From Candidatus Omnitrophota bacterium (GTDB taxonomy: Bacteria; Omnitrophota; Gorgyraeia; JABMRJ01), in the NCBI GenBank assembly GCA_013202745.1, contig JABMRJ010000056.1, forward strand, positions 1 through 39,062: DNA of 39,062 nucleotides. The letters are read 5' to 3'. This document shows positions 36,608-39,062 of the stretch, piece after piece. Within the stretch, counting starts at the first letter, position 1. Each line of letters opens with the position of its first letter. Position numbers and translations under genes: made by a program. The notes under the pieces were generated by a model. It saw nothing but the letters and a program-made list of their open reading frames with translations. It did no database searches and was not told where the DNA came from.

Positions 36608-37396
36608 TTACCACGCTGTCCAGCCTCCATCGATCATTAAGCAATCACCCGTAACATATGAAGAAGCCTCTGACGACAAAAATAAAGCCCCGCTCACTAT
36701 CTCATTTGATCTAGCCATTCTACCCAAAGGAGTCAATTTGGAATAATTTTTAACAAATACCTTGTCGTGCTTATTAAAAACACCACCGGGGCAGATGCAA
36801 TTAATTCTTATGTTATACTTGGCAAAGTAGGTGGCAAAGTACTTCGTCATGCTAATTATGCCCCCTTTTATCAAGGGGTAAGCAGGGGGACAGGTTATTT
36901 TGGTACTATTGTATATAGAGAAATTCGGCCCTACAATACCGTAAATTGAACTAAAATTCAATATTACTCCTGATCTTTGTTTTTTCATCTGTAATGCCAT
37001 CTTTTGTGTACAAAGAAAATATCCACCAAGATGACTCAATAGATCTTCTTTAACGGACTTGAAAGGTATTTCATCCACGTTTTTTAACCGGCCTTTCGTT
37101 TTTGGCCAACTGCAGTTTACAAAAATATCGATTTTTTTAAAGGTTTTGAGTGTAAATTTTATAAGGGCCTTAACGCTAACTTCAGAGCTTATATCCACAG
37201 GATGATAAAATACTTTTCCATCCTTCAGTTTGTTTAGTTTATTTTTTAGCTGTTTTCCTTTTTTTGTATTCCTTGAAGAGAGTATAACAATCGAGCCTTG
37301 CTCTACAAATCCTTCTGACAATTCTTTTCCAATTAACCCAGTAGCGCCCGCTATTACAACAACTTTATTCTTTAGATCGGAAAAATTAACTTTCAT
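36608..37396 (-). CDS. Short-chain dehydrogenase/reductase (PtmA-like, as found in nonulosonic-acid loci)
   Basis: AGATGLIG, SSIYG, YPLIK (YxxxK), RINCICPGG and IDGGWTAW. ATG 37396 follows a GGAGG RBS. Confidence 0.8.
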   Translation of the reverse strand: MKVNFSDLKNKVVVIAGATGLIGKELSEGFVEQGSIVILSSRNTKKGKQLKNKLNKLKDGKVFYHPVDISSEVSVKALIKFTLKTFKKIDIFVNCSWPKTKGRLKNVDEIPFKSVKEDLLSHLGGYFLCTQKMALQMKKQRSGVILNFSSIYGIVGPNFSIYNSTKITCPPAYPLIKGGIISMTKYFATYFAKYNIRINCICPGGVFNKHDKVFVKNYSKLTPLGRMARSNEIVSGALFLSSEASSYVTGDCLMIDGGWTAW

Positions 37397-37400
37397 GTTG

Positions 37401-38459
37401 TCACCTCCAATATTCACCAATGAGTTTCATATCACACTGCTCAGCGCATTTAATCCCTCTTTTAACGTTAAACTGATCTTCTCTAAACCTCTTATATTTT
37501 TCGCCGTTCCAAATAGCATATAATGATTCTTTCCTCGCATCCCCCAAAATAATCTCATTATTAAAATCTTCAACGCACATAGCTGCTTCACCATTAGATT
37601 TTATGGTCATGGAAGACCATGGAAATTGGCAGAACTCTGTCCAGTGTATTGATTGGGTTGCTTCTTTCTTTGTTTCATACCATTGCTGATCCTGGCTTTT
37701 AAGGTAAATATATGCATCCAAATCTTTAAATGCCTCAATGAGTCTTTTATATTCTTTCTTTTGACCTGGCTGCTCTAGGTTCAGCATCGTGATAACAATT
37801 ATAACTTTGTACTTATGTTTTTTCTTATGTTCCAGTAATTCAAGTATTTTTTTGTAGCCCTCTGTAAAATTAGAAGCCTTCCCCCTGATGTATTTATGAA
37901 TAACATTATCGACGCTTTCGATTGAGAATTTTATGTAATCCAGTCCCTTTTTGAATAATTCTAACGTTTTTTCAATATTAATATTAGCAGGGTTACAGCT
38001 AAAATATGAGGGGATTCCTCTTTCAGTCAATATACTGACTCTCTCAGCCATATGAAGATCCAAAAGAGGGGCACCATAACCATGAAGGACGATTACCTTT
38101 GGAATTATATGCAAAAAGAAATGATTTTCGCTCATATCATTTCTATCTATGCTGTATTTTTCTTCAACAAAATTCTGCCATGCTGCCCACTCTTCTTTTG
38201 TAAATGGTTTTATTTGATCAACTATTCTTTTAAAAGTATCTACATCCAATGCCTCTATCTTTCTGGTCATCATCGTAGTTCTCGGGCACATCTTACATCT
38301 CATATTGCAAAGATTAGTTGTCTCGATATTGTATATTACGGGACCTTTACTGCGAAGTTTGTCAAATTGATCGGCAATAGATTGTTTATCAAACCGCTCC
38401 TCATTCATTAATCGTTTTTTTAATTCAAATATTTTCATATAAAAGCCGATATCAATCAT
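37401..38459 (-). CDS. Radical SAM protein with C-terminal SPASM/Twitch domain
   Basis: IETTNLCNMRCKMCPR (CxxxCxxC) and CQFPWSSMTIKSNGEAAMC..SLYAIWNG..CAEQC. The start may be 38438. Confidence 0.88.
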   Translation of the reverse strand: MIDIGFYMKIFELKKRLMNEERFDKQSIADQFDKLRSKGPVIYNIETTNLCNMRCKMCPRTTMMTRKIEALDVDTFKRIVDQIKPFTKEEWAAWQNFVEEKYSIDRNDMSENHFFLHIIPKVIVLHGYGAPLLDLHMAERVSILTERGIPSYFSCNPANINIEKTLELFKKGLDYIKFSIESVDNVIHKYIRGKASNFTEGYKKILELLEHKKKHKYKVIIVITMLNLEQPGQKKEYKRLIEAFKDLDAYIYLKSQDQQWYETKKEATQSIHWTEFCQFPWSSMTIKSNGEAAMCVEDFNNEIILGDARKESLYAIWNGEKYKRFREDQFNVKRGIKCAEQCDMKLIGEYWR

Positions 38460-38474
38460 GCCTCTACCCTTCTA

Positions 38475-39062
38475 TTATTTCAAGTGAATGTCTAACTTCG
38501 TACCAAATATATGTTTTGTTCGCAAACATACCCTCACCAGCATAAGCATAACCGGTACTTCAATTAAGACACCCACTACTGTTGCTAATGAAGCCCCTGA
38601 TGATAGACCAAAAAGCATTACAGAGGTCGCTATTGCGACCTCAAAATGGTTGCTTGCGCCGATAAGCGCAGATGGTGCAGCATCCCTGTATGGCAATTTA
38701 AGCCATCTCGCCGCTGCATATGTGAGGATGAATATAAAGCAGGTCTGTATGAAGAGCGGTATCGCTATAAGCAGTATGGTTTGCGGGTGCTTAATTATGA
38801 GCTCCCCCTTAAATGAAAAGAGGAGAATGAGCGTAATGAGCAGCGCCCCTATAGATACCGGGGTCAGGCAATGGAGGAATCTCTCCTCAAACCATTTAAA
38901 TCCTTTTCTTTTGATTATTGCCTTGCGTGAATGGTACCCCAGAAAAAGCGGCAGCCCTACATAGATAATAACTGACAAGACTATCGTCTGCCATGGTATA
39001 GGCATCTTATTTACGCCTAATAACCACCCGCCCAGTGGGGCGTATAAGAATAACATCGCTAA
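38475..39062 (-). CDS. acr3: Acr3 family arsenite efflux transporter (partial, 5' end beyond the window)
   Basis: [35 protein letters not shown] and [14 protein letters not shown] signature. Confidence 0.93.
   Translation of the reverse strand, partial: LAMLFLYAPLGGWLLGVNKMPIPWQTIVLSVIIYVGLPLFLGYHSRKAIIKRKGFKWFEERFLHCLTPVSIGALLITLILLFSFKGELIIKHPQTILLIAIPLFIQTCFIFILTYAAARWLKLPYRDAAPSALIGASNHFEVAIATSVMLFGLSSGASLATVVGVLIEVPVMLMLVRVCLRTKHIFGTKLDIHLK

Overview
A 39-kb, very gene-dense chromosomal segment from a diderm (LPS-producing) bacterium. All ~39 credible genes lie on the minus strand, and the gene content is loosely suggestive of a PVC/Omnitrophota-like lineage (unverified inference). In transcription order (right to left): partial acr3, a low-GC radical SAM/SPASM + SDR pair, a miaB(TRAM-less)-GT2-SPOR-miaA-hflX operon, a CIRCE-controlled hrcA-grpE-dnaK-dnaJ operon that runs on into FmdB-like, DUF1015, corrinoid-protein and accD genes, an orphan MalK-type ATPase with two tandem membrane GAF-GGDEF cyclases, ROK kinase-lptD, and a >16.8-kb LPS/O-antigen nucleotide-sugar operon. 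Two features stand out. First, a ~200-nt intergenic element (20161-20362) folds on the + strand into a Y-shape with repeated tandem G-A internal loops and starts just downstream of a candidate divergent promoter. Second, a stand-alone 73-aa LexA-type DNA-binding protein sits inside the polysaccharide operon, immediately followed by three 23-bp-period palindromes (TTGTACC-N-GGTACAA) that fill the gap before the next gene. All calls come from motif recognition by eye; no searches were run.
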